Part shown: piece after piece, positions 12,800 through 25,470 of the stretch | Numbering within the stretch: the first letter of the stretch is position 1 | Layout: every line of letters begins with the position of its first letter | Source: Octopus bimaculoides | Taxonomy: Eukaryota | Reading direction: 5' to 3' | Assembly (NCBI RefSeq): GCF_001194135.2 | Contig: NC_068992.1 | Coordinates: 9,750,391 to 9,814,390, forward strand | DNA: 64,000 nt | Position numbers and translations under genes: made by a program | Notes under the pieces: generated by a model | What the model saw: the letters and a program-made list of their open reading frames with translations, nothing else | The model's database searches: none | Told to the model about the DNA's origin: nothing

Positions 12800-13255
12800 C
12801 AGCCATTTTGAGGGAGGGGATATGTTGATTACAGTTGACCCCAGTGTTCAACTGGTGCTTAATTTATTGACCCTAAAAGGATGAAAAGCAAAGTTGACCT
12901 TGATGAAATTTGAACTCAGAACATAGTGATGGGTGAAATTCCGCTAAGCATTTAGCCCAGCATACTGATGAGTCTGCCAGCTCACCGCCTTAATAATAAT
13001 AATAATAATAATTATTATTATTATTGATAATAATGATAATAATTAATTTTAAATTTTGGCGCAAGGCCAGCAATTTCAGGGAAGTTGGAGTAAGTAGATT
13101 ACATCAACCCCAGTGCTCAACTGGTGCTTATTTTATGAACCCCAGAAAGGATGAAAGGCAAAGTTGACCTTGGTAGGATTTGAACTCAGAACACAAAGCC
13201 AGAAACAATAGCACCCTACATTTTGCCTGGCATTCCAATGATTCTGCCTGTAAAG
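12800..13255 (-). mobile_element. Two tandem decayed SINE family C copies
   Basis: Both contain the reverse complement of the ttgcctttcatcctt...gagttcaaat segment, separated by (TAA)n. Confidence 0.75.
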
Positions 13256-13808
13256 AAGAATAACAAAAAGAGTTTGGTTGTAAACCTGTTCAACTGTTGT
13301 CTGTGTGAGGAAAGAAACAGTAATAAGACAATGATGAAGGGAAGAGCAACAGAAGTGAACACAGCCATGATGATTAGGGAAAGTAGACTAAGGAAGAGTA
13401 GGATGGTGGTGATGGTGGTGGTGGTGGTGGTGGTGCCGGTGATGATGACGACGACAACTGTAATAAGAGGGAAGATAACAAGAATGATGATTAGAGAGAG
13501 AAGAGAGAATTATGACGATTATGTTGAACAGGAGGATTATGATAAGAAAGAGGATGATTAGGATAATGATGATGAAGATGGTGGTGGGGGTGGGGGTGGG
13601 GGTGATGATGATGATGATGATAGTGATGAAGAAGATAGTAACAATGATAAAAAACCACGATGATTATGATGATGATGATGATGCCAAAAAAACTAGAGAA
13701 CATTCTGTCTAAATATTTAACAAGGTATCTTGATGTAACCATGGAAACATATTTTTTTTTTCTTAATCCATTTCTCGTTTTTTTTTTATTTCCAATTAGA
13801 GCACAGTT

Positions 13809-13843
<35 letters not shown>

Positions 13844-14979
13844 AATTATGTGTCTGCATCAGTATATTTGTGCAAGCAAGTGTGTGTGTCTGTATGTGTG
13901 TGTGTGTGTGTCTGTGTCTGTCTGTCTCTGTGTGTGTGAGTGTGTGTGTGTGTGTGTGTACACAAACTTGTGTGTGATTGTGTGTCTTAGAATAGAATAT
14001 CTTTCTGCATTGTCACTTAGATTAAGTTAATACATATTATTATATCTCTCTTATTAGAGCTCAAAAGTTACAACCTGAAGTTATGAACATGTGGGAGACT
14101 TTATGTGGTTGTTAGAACAAGCAGAGATAGCAGCCAAATTACCCTCAAATCATCCCCTTTCATCCCCCCACCCCACCATGCGGCACAGCCAGCAAAAGAG
14201 CCGCTTCTGTCCCTCTCTTCATACTCTAACTTCTCCTCAGCCGGTTCAATGGCACCACACTCACCACTCTGATTCGTCTCAGTTGAAGGATCATTGTCTT
14301 GCAATTTATTTGGTGACCTTGTTGATACCAGTGCCACTTCAAAAGCACTCGGTGCACTCTGCGAAACAGTTAGCATTAGGAAGGGCAGCCAGCCAGGAAA
14401 CCCATGCCAAAGAAGACAGTAGGACTTGGCGCAGTCCTCTGGTTCCCCAGCACACATCAAACTGTCCAACCCCCATGCCAGTGTCTATAACAGATGTTAC
14501 ATGGTGATAATGAGTATGAGTATGATGATGATGATGATGAAATACACATTGGCTAATATAATCCAAGATAGACAATATCACAAAGAAAAATAAAGATAAG
14601 ATTACTACAGCAGGAACATTTTCAGCCATAAGGCTGCTAGATGAGAACTGAGTCCCATAAGTCAGAGATGTATGTGTAATGTATATGGTGGACTTTCTCC
14701 TGTCTCAAAGACGACGACGACGATGACGCATGAGTGTCCAGCTTTTGCCAAACGACCTGCACAAATGATTTGTTTATAGTAATAGTAATCAAAGGGTCTA
14801 TGCCATACATTAGCTCAGTCTCTCTATCAAATCGATGTTGTCTGAATAGATGCAAGGTGTACCACACGTCAGGTTTCGAAGTGATCAAGGAGCAACATGC
14901 ACAATGCACCACTCAGTCTAGGAATTGAAATCACGATCTAGCAATCACGAATGTAACACCCTAACCACTACGCCATGCA

Positions 14980-15220
14980 CCCATAGCTTACACCAGGAAC
15001 ATCTTATGGAGTTTCTACCTATGCTTTATCTACGGATCAAGTAGGGCCATCTATCTGATGGGATTTCTGATTCGTCTGCCTTCCTACTTACAAAGACTTT
15101 GGTTTTTGCTAGGTTAACTCTAAGGTCCTTTGATTCTAGACCTTGTTTCCATACCTGAAACTTCTTTTCAGCATAGAGGAGCTCCCAGGAGCAGCCTGTC
15201 TTGAATTCCTCTGTTATTGC

Positions 15221-15222
<2 letters not shown>
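14980..15222 (-). mobile_element. RTE-like LINE fragment: RT thumb plus Cys-rich (PHD-like) segment
   Basis: AITEEFKTGCSWELLYA, then FQVWKQGLESKDLRVNLAKTKV...SIGRNSIRCSWCKLWVH; the DD after YA is lost by a deletion. Confidence 0.75.
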
Positions 15223-15256
<34 letters not shown>

Positions 15257-15676
15257 AAAGAATTTGACAAGATCAGTAAATATAAAGACTTGCTAATAGA
15301 AATTGAAAAAATGTGGCACCTCAAGGCGACTACCATACCAGTGATTGTAGGATCTCTAGGAATGATAAAAAAAGGTACTGAAACCTATTTGAAAATGATA
15401 CCAGGCTTACCATCCCTACAGGAAGTGCAAAAAATCGTGCTAACTGGAACGACTCATGTACTGAGAAGAGCATTATCGCTGTGAAAACAACATCCATTCA
15501 TGAAATTTTTTTTTTTTTTTTTTTTTTTCTTAAATACATGTTTTACCTGTGAATTTGCGTGTGTAAACTGGGAATGCATACAACGAGTTTCTCTGCCCTA
15601 AGTGTACAGAAAACACTCGGCGAGAAATGGAAGAAAATTCGAAGAAAGAAGAAAAATAACAACATAATAATAATAA
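15257..15676 (+). mobile_element. 5'-truncated R4/Dong-clade non-LTR retrotransposon (RLE C-terminus plus 3' UTR)
   Basis: Uninterrupted KEFDKISKYKDLLIEIEKMWHLKATTIPVIVGSLG...LQEVQKIVLTGTTHVLRRAL* is the R4/Dong restriction-like endonuclease C-terminus. The element ends in (TAA)n. Confidence 0.85.
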
Positions 15677-17215
15677 AGGATATTACTAATAATAATAAAG
15701 GATATTACTAATAATAGTAAAGGATATTACTAACAAGGACCAGTTAAAGTAAGAAAAGAAAAAAGAAAAAATATAGAACATAAGACTAATTTTCCTATCC
15801 TTGCTTTAAGGACAGCAATAAAAACCTCGATAACTTTCTGGGACTTAATTTAACTGATGCAAGAGAAACAGAAAACAAAGTCAGTTAAGTTTGTGATTCA
15901 AACGAGGAAAAGTAAACGAACAAAACTATAAAAGTTGTTAAAAATTAATAACAAAATTCGACTAATAAAAGTCATCTCGCTTTTGTCTCGAGCATCTACA
16001 TTCATCTCCATCAGAAAAAAACAATGGTAAATATGGAATCAGCATTTGTAAGCATTTCTTGTTTTTGTTTCATTTTGACTTTTCTCATTCAATAAGTTTT
16101 TAACACATAAGTTAATCAACAACAGAACACCATCCTTCCTTTTCGCTCCCACCTCTACATGTCTAAATGATGGAATTGTTTCCAAAAAGAACTGAAGAAT
16201 ATTTCTATGGAAATGTTATTGGTTGTCACATATCTCTTGAGACATGGAGTAAACTTCAATTCGATTCGATTTGTATTCTTTCCGCTAACCACAGGAGACT
16301 TGGCATTCTCCCTCCCCCCAACCCGTTCGTAGGTCTCTTGTGACTGAAACAGCAATCCATTCTGTTGCAATACGGATACATCTGGGAAGAGTGGATGAAC
16401 AGAGGAACAAGAGGAGAGAAGTAATGAGTGGATCAGTATTTTGGTGAGAGAGAGAGAGAGTTGGTAGACTGCTGGTGTAGTGGACTAGCAGACTGTGTGT
16501 GAGTGGTGTATGTTCTATGATGAATGATGATGTAAATGGGATTGGCATAGATTTTTAGCTGTGTTCATGTCATTGGTAGCTGTTAAATTAAATGTACTGA
16601 GAATGAACACAGCTACAGAGAAACACATACGCGTACAAATTTGCAACACAGACACTCACAAACAAACTGACATGGATGCATATACAAAGACACACATACA
16701 AATATGCATAAACACACATATACAAATTTCTGGTTACATATAAACACACCAAACACATAGACAAATACATACAATATGCAGACACACTTACACACAAAAC
16801 TTATTTACAAAATGTGATAATATAAGCTCAACAGAGATCTCTCTGGTATACAACATATTGATAGACTAACTTTCAAACACCATACACGGGCACAAATTAG
16901 TGGAAGCATGTGACGTAGTGGTTAGGGTGTTGAACCCACGATTGTAAGATTGTAGTTTCAATTCCTGGACCGGGTGACACATTGTGTTCTTGAGCAAAAC
17001 ACCTCATTTTATGTTGCACCAGTCCACTCAGCTGGCAAAAATGAGTCATCCTGTGAGGGACTGGCATCCTATCCAGGTAGGGAATTTATATGACATGGAA
17101 ACTGGGGAACTAGCCCTTGTGTGTCGGCATCACTCGAAAAGGGGAGTAAACTAAATTAACTAGCACAAATTACAAATAAAATAGAGAATCAGGAAGAAAA
17201 AAAGCACACACACAT

Positions 17216-17510
17216 CGTTCGTTCATCGTTTAACGTCTGCCTTCCATGCTAGCATGGGTTGGACGATTTGACTGAGGACTGGTGAAACCGGATGGCAACA
17301 CCAGGCTCCAATCTAATTTGGCAGAGTTTCTACAGCTGGATGCCCTTCCTAACGCCAACCACTCAGAGAGTGTAGTGGGTGCTTTTACGTGTCACCCGCA
17401 CGAAAACGGCCACGCTCGAAATGGTGTCTTTTATGTGCCACCCGCACAAGAGCCAGTCCAGGGGCACTGGCAACGATCTCGCTCTAAAACCCTACAAAGG
17501 CCAGTCAGGT
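17216..17510 (-). mobile_element. Family D retroposon
   Basis: Near-identical to the other family D copies. Confidence 0.85.
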
Positions 17511-17888
17511 GGTATATATATATGTCTGTACGTATTGTCATCGTCGTATAACGTCCGCTTTCCATGCTAGCATGGGTTGGACGCACATATATATATTAAG
17601 ATGTGTGGCTCAGTGATTAGGATGTTGCATTCATGATAAGAAGATCATAGTTTCAATTCCCAGGCTGGTGCTGCATTATATTCCTGAGCAAACAATTCAT
17701 TTCCTTTTGTTCCACTCCACTCAGCTGTTAAATGGGGTCACCCTGCAATGAACTGGCATTTCATTTGAGGAGAATGCTAGCCTCCCCACCTTACCAGTGG
17801 GATAGCATGATTCAAAAGCTACAACAATGTGAGGAGCTTTCTGTGATGGCCACATCATTCTCTGAATATACAGCTTATACTACTCCTA

Positions 17889-18005
<117 letters not shown>

Positions 18006-18215
18006 ATGTCAAGTTATATATAAATACAGTTTCACAGAAAACTGAAGAATTACTTGATAATTTTTAGCAGAATACATATTAAACTTTTACAGGGAAAGAG
18101 TTGACAGTTGACTGTCAAACCATTCTTTGTAAAAGTTTAATTACAATATATATAGTAGAATATAGAAAGAGATATAGACAGGTAAATAAGTCTACATCAT
18201 GTGTACATTAGACTT

Positions 18216-18420
18216 TCAACAGGACATGTCTGTCTTAATTCTTTTCCACCTTTGCACATTTTCTTCATTCAATGCACACGCCTTGCTGCTATACAGTATC
18301 ACACTTTGCACACACAAGCAACATACAATCTGTCCTTCATTCAAACAGACAAACTGCTTGATGCCAAGAGGTTTCCTCATAAAAATGACGTCTTTTACAA
18401 TCTTCAGATTGTCCAATCAA
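18216..18420 (-). mobile_element. Decayed RTE-clade LINE fragment
   Basis: MKDRLYVACV / QSVILYSSKACALNEENVQRWKRIKTDM matches the RTE motif VKGRLYDACVRTAMLHGSETWAL...RRLERNE. Confidence 0.65.
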
Positions 18421-19645
18421 GGTAAAACTATTTTTCTCTAATTAGCAAATTTATAATTTCCTGTTTCAATTTTATAATTACAATATTTGTATAACCCCAG
18501 GTATCAAAAATTAATTACTTCAAGTTTTAAAGTGATATTGTTTACATGCCCTAAATTAACCTCCAACTCCTTGCTCGACGAATAAAGGACGTCTCTTAGG
18601 CAGAGAAACATCATAGTAAAGGAACTTCTCGAATTTTTCTCACCATTAAATATGATGCAACAAGCATTAAGAAGCATTAAGAATTAAAAAATGTATATTT
18701 TAATTAGTAACATGGTTTGGGGACACAAAATTCATATTCTATTCTTCATTTTAATTTTCTGTTTTGTCATTCCTTTTAAATGCTCATTTGAATGGGATGT
18801 TTGATTTCCTTTTAAAACACTTGCATTTACAGTCAGATTTTTTCCCTGGGACTAATTAATGGAATCTGTTTCGTCAGCCAGACAGGCTAAGAATGAGACA
18901 AACAAACAGAACTGTATTTATTGCTCAGGAGACATGATACTGTCGCTATCTTAGTATGGTTTAAACTCATACCCAGGTATTCAGTAAATCCAGCAAGTAA
19001 AGCTTACAGTTACTGCATCTCATACATTCAGAATGAATAAGCAAGAATTTAACACTCTACTATATTTAGGAAATATTTCGTGCTGGTGCCACTGAAAAAA
19101 TACCCAGTGCACTCTGTAAACAGATTGGTGTTAGGAAGGACATCCAGCCATAGAAACCAAGCCAAACCAGACAGTAGAGCTTGGTGCAGTTGTCTAGCTC
19201 ACCAGTTGCTGTCCAAACTGTCCAACCTATGCCAGCATAGAAAGCAGACATAAAATGATGCGGGGAGGTATATAAGCATTGTATGAAGAGATTTTGCATT
19301 AATAATTTGCCAGATTATCTGGATAAATAACAGTGGACTATTTAATTTATCAGATGACATATTTGCATGAGAAATCTATTTAAACTAGAATCACTTGTTT
19401 GTTTTGCCCAAATATTGTATCTGTGTCTTGTGTGTGTCAATGCTATCCACCTTGTGGTCATTGTGGCCTTCCTTGAATCCAATATCCAACAACACAAAGC
19501 CTTTGTAGTTGGTACATCAGTCATGTAGTATTGCAGTCAAGCAATAGCAAACATTTGAGCTGTTGGGTTATTTCCACACCTATGAAGGGGCTGGTGGTGT
19601 TGCTGCTACTGCTGCTGCTGCTGCTACTGCTGCTGCTGCTGCTAC

Positions 19646-19677
<32 letters not shown>

Positions 19678-19799
19678 CTGTTGCTGCTTTACATAAAAGA
19701 TATCATAGACTGCATCTAGAAAATTGGACACTCCACTAATTGGCAATGAATCATAATATTGCTCACCAACACATTCCAGTCTCAGTTTTTACATCACTC

Positions 19800-20030
19800 T
19801 GACATGTTTTCTCTCTTTCCCTTTTTATTTTTTTCTGCTATTACAGCGGCCTCTGTTCCTTTGGAGTTAACTGGTCTTGTACCAACTCCACATGATCCCT
19901 AAAATAACCACTAAACCCAGTTCTTCTTCCCCAGAACCATAACCATCTAGAATTCCCTCCCTGCCTATATATTTCTTCTACAGCCACCAACTTACAAACA
20001 TTCAAGAGCAACACCAGTGCTGTTGGCCCC
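19800..20030 (+). mobile_element. Decayed CR1/L2-like LINE 3' end
   Basis: FFPRTITI*NSLPAYIF matches the FFPRT...WNSLP terminal motif. Confidence 0.55.
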
Positions 20031-20249
20031 TTCAGTTTTGGAGGGCTTCTACAGAGACTTGTTAGTTCCTCAATTAATTAATCCCATTGCGCCCTATAGA
20101 GCATAAGCCATTGATGGTTTTTCGCCAGTCAACTCTGGTTTTGTCTTTTCTCCTTCTTTCCAGTTAGATCCTTGCTTTTCTCTCCCTACCTCAATATCCC
20201 ACCCCCAGCAACTTTTAAGGGCAGCCTAACCCTTTCACTTCCATTGTGT

Positions 20250-21170
20250 GCTGGAGGTCAGGACCTGATGTATAATTCTGGATGTTGATTTCTTTAATGT
20301 GTGGCCTTTTACATTCCACTGCTCTGTGTCATGTTTCCCATAAAGGAAAGCCTTTCTCTTCCAAGTTTTGTTGGTTTGGAATTGTCCTAAATGCCTCTAT
20401 AACTTTGCTTTTTCTTTTTTTCTAAGAAGGAGTTGTTGGCCTGATGCAAACCTGTTTTTACTTCTGGGAAGGGGTGGTCAATATCAGTTTGGCCCCTATC
20501 TTTTGACTTGTCTAGCATGGAAGGTCCTACAAGGAGTTTGCTCTCTATCAGGTTCATGGAGGCATACAAACCACCACATCACAACAAGGACTGGGCCTTT
20601 TGCTGGTGGATTTGTTAGATCAGTTCATAAAATACTTTGTAATATTTTATTCCAAGCTGAAATTCCATCGAGGTCCACTCTGTCTTTCATCCATATGGAG
20701 CTATATATAACAATCCAGGATAGGAGATTAATAAATCTAGAAGACTGTCAGACCAGATACCTTGCAATGTTTGTTCCAGATTTTTGTATTGTAAGTTCAA
20801 ATCCCACCATGACCTGTTTGAGAGATAGATTTAATTCATTACCCAGTTTAATTCCATCACCTGGCACCTTGGGTGCTTTTAGCATTTCAGCATTCAAGAT
20901 GGCCAGATCCAGACTACATATTCCACCTGTTTTATGTTTAAACTGACCAGATCTTATGATATCGACTAAGATACTTTCAGAGTGAAAATAGGTAATCTAG
21001 TCAATAGGGTTTTGGACGAAAATGGACACAATTGCAGTGTACCCCTGACACTATATTGTGTCCATGACCAATACATCTCTGAAAGAGTTCGATCAATTTG
21101 GCTGTAAATAGGGACCATAGAACAGGAACAAGAAACCATTCTAAACATTATCAGCAGCAACGTTATGTAA
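20250..21170 (-). mobile_element. Decayed L1/Tx1-clade LINE, post-RT region
   Basis: PIYSQIDRTLSEMYWSW and KHKTGGICSLDLAILNAEMLK resemble the L1/Tx1 I.R....F.W and K..GGLG..DL...N.A.L.K motifs; many stops. Confidence 0.55.
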
Positions 21171-21511
21171 CTGAGAGTTGGCTCGTTAACCCTTTTACTG
21201 CAGAAGGCAAATATATTCGCTCAAAGTTTCATTACCCTTAACTGCAGGAAGCAATTTTATAGAGCAATCAATCGTTGGTTGAGGAATGTCATGTTTAAAG
21301 TATTTTTGTTGAGATATGTCAAGTTTATTGCCACAACACGATTCACAGGAAATACCAATTCCTTTTTTTATGGTAGATGTTTAACATCATTACCGGAATA
21401 ACCATGAAATTGAATATCAGTTAACGGTAGAACCTTAGGGCACTGATTTCTCAACTCCATCTGTGGATCTGGAGAAGGCAACCAGTTTTTTATGTGATGG
21501 TGGTGATGTTG

Positions 21512-21543
<32 letters not shown>

Positions 21544-21562
21544 GGTGGTGATGGTGGTGGTG

Positions 21563-21597
<35 letters not shown>

Positions 21598-21721
21598 NNN
21601 NNNNNNNNNNNNNNNNNNNNNNNNNNNNNNNNNNNNNNNNNNNNNNNNNNNNNNNNNNNNNNNNNNNNNNNNNNNNNNGGTGGTGACGGTGGTGGTGGTG
21701 GTGGTGGTGGCAGTGGTGGTG

Positions 21722-21772
<51 letters not shown>

Positions 21773-23547
21773 TTGATGGTGGTGGTGATGGTAGGGGGCA
21801 GGGAAGTGAAGAGGAGGAGGAGCTGTCACAGCATGCTGCTGCATCCACTAGTTGTTGGTGATTCTCCCCTGGCAGATGATGATACCTTTGCCCCTCTCAG
21901 GTGACAACTCTCCAACCCATCGGTCCGTTTCGGGTAGTCGTTACTGGTGAGGGTTTTTACAAGGTCAAAAGTACAAATCCTGCCTTAAACCTCTTTTGGT
22001 CACTGTTTATGACATGCGGAGGGTAACGCTGGCTCTATTCTGGTCCCCACACAGCACACTGTCATGCGATAATGCCTATGTTAGTCACGTGACTTCATAT
22101 ACTTTAATCACATGATACTGGTCACATGACAGCAAGCATGTTAGTCATGTGATAATAGCTATTTCAGTGACATGATTATTTCGTCACATGACAGTAGCTA
22201 GGAGTAGGGATGTGGTAGAAGGCACCATTGCAAAGGCAGAGTTTATTTATGGAGAGAGCAGATTTGAGATGTAGTAGAAGGCACAGCATTAAAGTGACAG
22301 AGATGCACGGCATGATTGCAAAGAGAGTAGGTTAGTGATGCTATAGGCACTAACAGGCACTATAGCAAAAGTGATAGAAAGGTACAGTTTTACACATGGA
22401 GATAGTAGGTTAGTGATGTGATAGTTAGGCAGTTTAGTGATGCAATAGTAACAAACCAATCATGCGATCAATAAACCAATCGGGACAATAGAAATGGCTA
22501 ACTTAATTAACCGAAGCCACCGATATATTAATCAAGAGAACAAGTTGCATTGATAAATTATCTCAAAAATAGTAAGATCAATAAATCAATATAGTTTTAA
22601 TTCTCATAAAGCAGCATAAACACACTGTGACAGGAAATGAATAAAAATTCTCAAGACTGAACTAAATTATTATTATTACTACTACTACTACTACTACTAA
22701 TATTATCATTATCGTTGTTATTATTATTATTATCATTATTATCATCATTACTATTATTATTATTATTATTATTATTATGCTTGCAAATTAAGGAAAGGAA
22801 AAACAAGAAAAGAATATTGGACTAATCTTTCTTGAAGATGTCTTCAGCATCAGTGAGGTATCTCCATCATCATCATCATCATCATCATCACTGTCATTAT
22901 AATCATCCTCATCATTTTTTTTTTTTTCTTTTTTGTACTTTTATTTTTCCTTTCCTAGTTTTGTCTGTTTTGATTTGCTTTTTGTTCTTTTTATACTTTG
23001 TGGTTCCAGTTCTGTTTTGTTTCATTTTATTGCTCGTTCTGCAGACCAATCTCTAATCTCATCATAACCAGTTGGTTAAAAAAAAATAAATAAATAAAAT
23101 AAAAGAAATTCAGCAAACTTTCTGTCCCTGCAGTGATTACATCTATTGTTTCAGGTTTTTCCTTCTTCACATCAAACTACACAAGTCTTGTATGTAAACA
23201 GAAACATTGAGATTTTAGCGCCCATGATGATGGGGGGGAGGAGAAGGAAGAGGTAAGTATTTCATGGTAGAGATGGTGGTGGTGCAAAATGGAATTCCAA
23301 AAACAAAAGCAAAACAACAAAACAAAGAAAAGAAATAACTGGATATGTAAAAATAAAATAAAATAAAATTGAATTAAATTAAATCAAATTAAATACAACA
23401 AATCACAAGATTAAAAAGATTAACTGAAAGGGATCACAGTAATGGAGGAAATATTGTTTGGGATTAAAATCAATATGACAAACAGATTTGGAAGACATAC
23501 CAAATAGAGGAAGCTGGAATTTTAAAGATTAAAATAATTAAGAAAAG

Positions 23548-23587
<40 letters not shown>

Positions 23588-23721
23588 AGGATATATATGT
23601 TTATATATATTTATATATGTTGATATATATATATACGTGAAGAGATTTATATATATATATGTGTGATGATATATATATATAAATATATATATGATGATAT
23701 ATATATATATANNNNNNNNNN

Positions 23722-23890
23722 CACCCACTACACTCTCTGAGTGGTTGGCGTTAGGAAGGGCATCCAGCTGTAGAAACTCTGCCAAATCAGACTGGAGCCT
23801 GGTGTTGCCATCCGGTTTCACCAGTCCTCAGTCAAATCGTCCAACCCATGCTAGCATGGAAAGCGGACGTTAAACGATGATGATGATATA
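23722..23890 (+). mobile_element. Family D retroposon, 3' part
   Basis: cacccactacactctc...ccatgctagcatgg...gatgatgat, flanked by (TA)n. Confidence 0.85.
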
Positions 23891-24595
23891 TGTTGATGTG
23901 TGTGTGTGTGTGAGTACATCAGTCAACTAATGTGTTGTGGAGTTCATTCTTTAAATAAATATCTTACTAACTAGCAAACAATTATTTTCTTTTGTTTTAC
24001 CTTTTCGGTCAATTTTTGAAAGGTTAAATCCTATTAATTTGTTGTGGTCTTTCAATCAATCCATTTCATAAATGTTTAGGGAGGAAGCTTAGCATGAAAC
24101 AAAACAAAAAAAAATTAATCAAGTTGCTAAATACTAAATTTGTTAACATAGCCCCAAACTCCACTTCCCCACCTTTCTCTCTCTCTCTCTCTCTCTCTCT
24201 CGCTATCTCTCTCTCTATCTCTCTCTCTCTCTGGAATTCTCACAGAATTCAATCTCTTGCCTTTCTGAACCTTTAATTCTGCTGGTAACATCACTGACAG
24301 AAAAATGGAAACAGATCAAGCAGAAAGCATTTCAAACACAACAAAAACAGCAGTAAAATACAACTCAAAGTAATTATATTAGTACAGAGCTTGAAGCTTT
24401 GTAGAGATGCAAGTAAACTTAGTATGCAACCTAACGTATGACTGGTACTTATTTCATCCATCTACAGTGAAAGACAAAAATGAACTTAATAAGACTTGAA
24501 CTCAGAGAACTGGAACCAAATTCCAGAGGCATTCAGTGAGGGAACTCAATCAAATCTGACAACTTTTCTGTAATCCTTTAACTGTTAAATTGAAT

Positions 24596-24965
24596 ACTCT
24601 TTTACTATTTTACTTGTTTAAGTCATTTGACTGCGGTCATGCTGGAGCACCGCCTTTAGTCAAGAAAATCGACCCCAGGACTTATTCTTTGTAAGCCTAG
24701 TACTTATTCTATCAGCCTCTTTTTGCCAAACCGCTAAGTTACGGGGACATAAACACACCAGCATCAGTTGTCAAGCGATGGTGGAGGGACAAACACACAT
24801 ACATATATACAATGGGCTTCTTTCAGCTTCTGTCTACCAAATCCACTCACAAGGCTTTGATCAGCCCGAGGCTATAGTGGAAGACACTTGCCCAAGGTGC
24901 CACGCAGTGGGACTGAACCCGGAACCATGTGGTTGGTAAGCAAGCTACTTACCACATAGCCACTA
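24596..24965 (-). mobile_element. SINE family A, full length
   Basis: Reverse complement matches 7885-8281. Confidence 0.85.
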
Positions 24966-25100
24966 TGCATGTATGTATGTGTTTGTGTGCCCCACCACCA
25001 CTTGATAACCGGTATTTGTTTATGTCCCCATAACTTAGCACTTCAGCATAAGAAACTAATACTAAAAATATCAGACTAAAAAAAAATAATAATAAATAAA

Positions 25101-25470
25101 ACAAGAGCACTCAGAGAGTGCAAACCTCTGCCAAGGCAACACCAACGTCCTCTCAACGATTAACCAGAGATGATTTTTAAAATGAGAATATCTGAAATAA
25201 ACTCAACTGCTCTCACTAACTAGAATACTGAAAATGAACCCGACTGCTCTCAAAAATAAAAAATAAAAAACAGGAAAAATAATCCAGAACCTTTCTCCGG
25301 TACTGGATCAATCCCAAAATTTAATCAGTTCATGCCAGTCATGAGGCCAAACATCCCTGAAAGTTTCATCTGAATCCATCCAGCGATTCTTGAGGTATCT
25401 TGTCCATGTACAAACAAATAAACAAACACCACTGAAAACAATACCTCTGCCTTCACTAAAGCAGAGGTAA
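25101..25470 (+). mobile_element. Helentron-type non-autonomous element (HINE-like) nested in a family A SINE
   Basis: Starts ACAAGAG, has sub-terminal acctctgcc, and ends with the hairpin acctctgc-cttcactaaa-gcagaggt. SINE A tail sequence resumes on the far side (taagtcctagagtcaatttg). Confidence 0.65.

Noticed and set aside
11755-13977. Poly-His, poly-Thr, poly-Val and poly-Asp ORFs
   Set aside because: Translations of trinucleotide arrays that are open in several frames and both strands; no splice or composition support.
14091-14507. 138-aa and 122-aa overlapping ORFs
   Set aside because: Largely an old family D-like retroposon and adjoining repeat; no coding signal.
17270-17310. CTGAGGA followed by a short stem in family D (hammerhead-like core); HDV-like fold for the GCCAGT/ACTGGC pairs
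   Set aside because: No GAAA after stem II, and the motif is on the antisense strand of the element; 8 nt between the paired strands is too short for an HDV nested pseudoknot.
18223-18421. Convincing-looking plus-strand exon (HVCLNSFPPLHIFF...NLQIVQS) with cag/gt boundaries
   Set aside because: It is the antisense of a decayed RTE LINE C-terminus recognisable on the minus strand.
20368-20946. 192-aa plus-strand ORF
   Set aside because: Antisense of the decayed L1/Tx1 element.
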